A stretch of DNA of 64,000 nucleotides from NCBI GenBank assembly GCA_951406725.2, contig OX597828.1, positions 39,184,001 through 39,248,000 on the forward strand, written 5' to 3'. Source of the DNA: Octopus vulgaris. Its lineage: Eukaryota. The position numbers and the translations under genes are program-made. Below, one piece after another: positions 61,927-64,000 of the stretch. The stretch's first letter is position 1. Every line of letters begins with the position of its first letter. The notes beneath the pieces are model-generated. The model saw only the letters and a program-made list of their open reading frames with translations, searched no databases and had not been told where the DNA came from.

Positions 61927-62844
61927 AAACAAATGAGCACAATATGGTCCTCTGGCCCATGTAGGTAAGCAGTACCTTTAAATATGGTGAATGACCAGAG
62001 CAACTGATCAAATCCATGTCAGCCTGGATAGCGGAGGTGAAATGATGATGATGTATTCTTAAAGAAAACGTTTCCATTGTTACAGTTCTTGGGGGAGAAA
62101 AAAAGAACCAAAACAGTTTCTAATAGAATGGATTTCAATTATTTTTTGAAAGCATGAAAATGTAAGCATTTTTATGCTTTGAGGGGGGAAAAGAAAATGG
62201 GAGCCGTGATGCAGATACCTTTGGCAATGTAAGTGTTGTGGGGTGACGAAAAGAAAATAGCTGAAGCTAAGAATTGAAATCATACTGAAGAATTGGCTAA
62301 TTGGAAAGTTGCCTTCTACATACACCACATCATTCAAAAACACACACACACACACTTTTCTCTCCTGCATTATGAAAATCAATAGAAGAACCTGAACTTT
62401 CACACATTAACTTCCAATATCGCTTACTTAAAAACCTTTAATTGCATGTGTCTGTCTATCTGTCTGTCTGTCCGTCCGTCGGTAAGGAATTACATGGAGG
62501 AACAATTCAACTTCCAGCTATATAACTAACAAGAGTATGTTCTAAGAAAGAGGAAATGAAACACACACACACTCACACACACACAGAGCATCTTTGCTGT
62601 CTTTAGAGAGAGGTAATAAGCCATGACTTAATTTCTTTCTTTCTTTCTTTTTTTTTTGCTTACACAAGGAATGGTAGAATGTTACCATGTGCACAGTTGG
62701 TGGGAAAGAATTTCTTTATACAAAGATGCATGCTTTGAAATTAATAATGTAACATAAAACAAACATGACATGAAAGGAAATAATAAAAAAAAAAATATAG
62801 TTATTAATTTCTTTCTTACACATTAAGTCTCTTTCAAAGAATTG

Positions 62845-62882
<38 letters not shown>

Positions 62883-64000
62883 CTCAGGAATATTTCACTT
62901 GCTAATTCTTAAGAAACATTCTGGTAAAATGGCATCATTTTTCTGGTAATTTATTTGATTTTGATTGTTTGTTTGAGAAATATTATTTTATATTGCAACC
63001 CTGCTTCATACAGCATTACCTGAACACGCCCATAGGGGAGCATCTACATGGTGGTCTTTTAGCCTCCAGTTATCTCTGATCAAGCAGCTACAGTATGATC
63101 AAAAGACATTCCAGCTGTGATAACCTTGTCTTTTTTTTCCTTTTGTTTTGTTTTGTTGTTTGTAATTTTTCACACACTGTACCTAAGACTACGTCATCTA
63201 ATATCCTCCACTACCTTTTTAATAGGGGCATGGTATGAACTGAGGAAAATTTAGCTGCTATTTCAAATAAACTGAATGATCATGTAAGGGAACTACGTAG
63301 AGATAACTTGTCCATGGCTGATCAATCCACTAGAAATAGCAGCCACTCCCTCAAATAAGAAATTCAAATACATACAATACTTCGTCCATTTAAGTCATGA
63401 ATCAGAGCAAATATATTATGACATCACCTGTTTTTTTTGCTTTTATTATTGAATATTTATTAACAGAACAGAACATTCTCCACCAGAAACGACTTATAAA
63501 TTAAAATATATTTTATATCGTTAAACAGAACATCCGCAAACAAGCTAGCTAGGTGTTGTCTGTTGGTTTTAAACTTAATTTATGTGAAAGACTTCATAAC
63601 CTAGGTTAAGGCAGAGAGGCTGCTGAGCATCAGAGGTATTTGCCAGTGTGTTAAGACAGAGATGGTTGTGTTGGAGTATAATACAAATAAACAGGTTAAC
63701 GATACAATATAATACAAATAAACAGGTTACTTGTTTCAGTCACTGGGCTGTGGCCATGCTGGAGCACCACCTTCAAGAGTTTAGTTAAGCCTGGCACTTA
63801 TTGGTCTTTTTACATCCTTGTTACAGTTAAGTTACAAGGATGTAAACAAAACAACACCAGTTGTTAAGTGATAGTAGGAGACAAATACAAAGATACACAC
63901 ACACACACACACATATTTATTTTTTACCTGTTTCAGTCAGACAGTGGCCATGCTGGGGCACCACCTTGATTTATATATATATATATATGTCATCATCATC

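Noticed and set aside
61372-62077. Long ORFs (137-211 aa) in all six frames
   Set aside because: Translations of CA/TA microsatellite (H/T/Y/I or C/V/M/Y repeats); not genes.
55275-64000. Search for the Homer first coding exon (ATGGG|gt) and promoter
   Set aside because: No convincing match found by eye; probably beyond the window.

Overview
AT-rich, microsatellite- and retroposon-dense animal genomic DNA. The repeat families point to a coleoid cephalopod, probably Octopus (inference). One host gene spans most of the window on the minus strand: Homer, with an EVH1 domain and a coiled coil. Eight coding exons lie at 55274-12102, all with GT-AG boundaries and consistent phases. The protein is 382 aa if the usual 5-nt 'ATGGG' first coding exon lies upstream; that exon was not found here. 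Introns and flanks hold tRNA-derived SINEs, 5'-truncated RTE and CR1 LINE ends, a decayed DD37D (maT) transposon, non-autonomous Helitrons, a Helentron-type element, and hAT- and piggyBac-like MITEs. Four observations stand out. (1) Three intronic fold-back elements carry minimal hammerhead-ribozyme cores, one behind a tRNA-like Pol III head. (2) A full-length U6 copy and a tRNA-Asp-like copy are each fused to the same two-hairpin retroposon 3' tail and face each other. (3) There are two sequence-level routes to a short, coiled-coil-less Homer. (4) Inverted SINE pairs bracket the EVH1 exons. Nearly all short ORFs in the supplied track are microsatellite or SINE artefacts.
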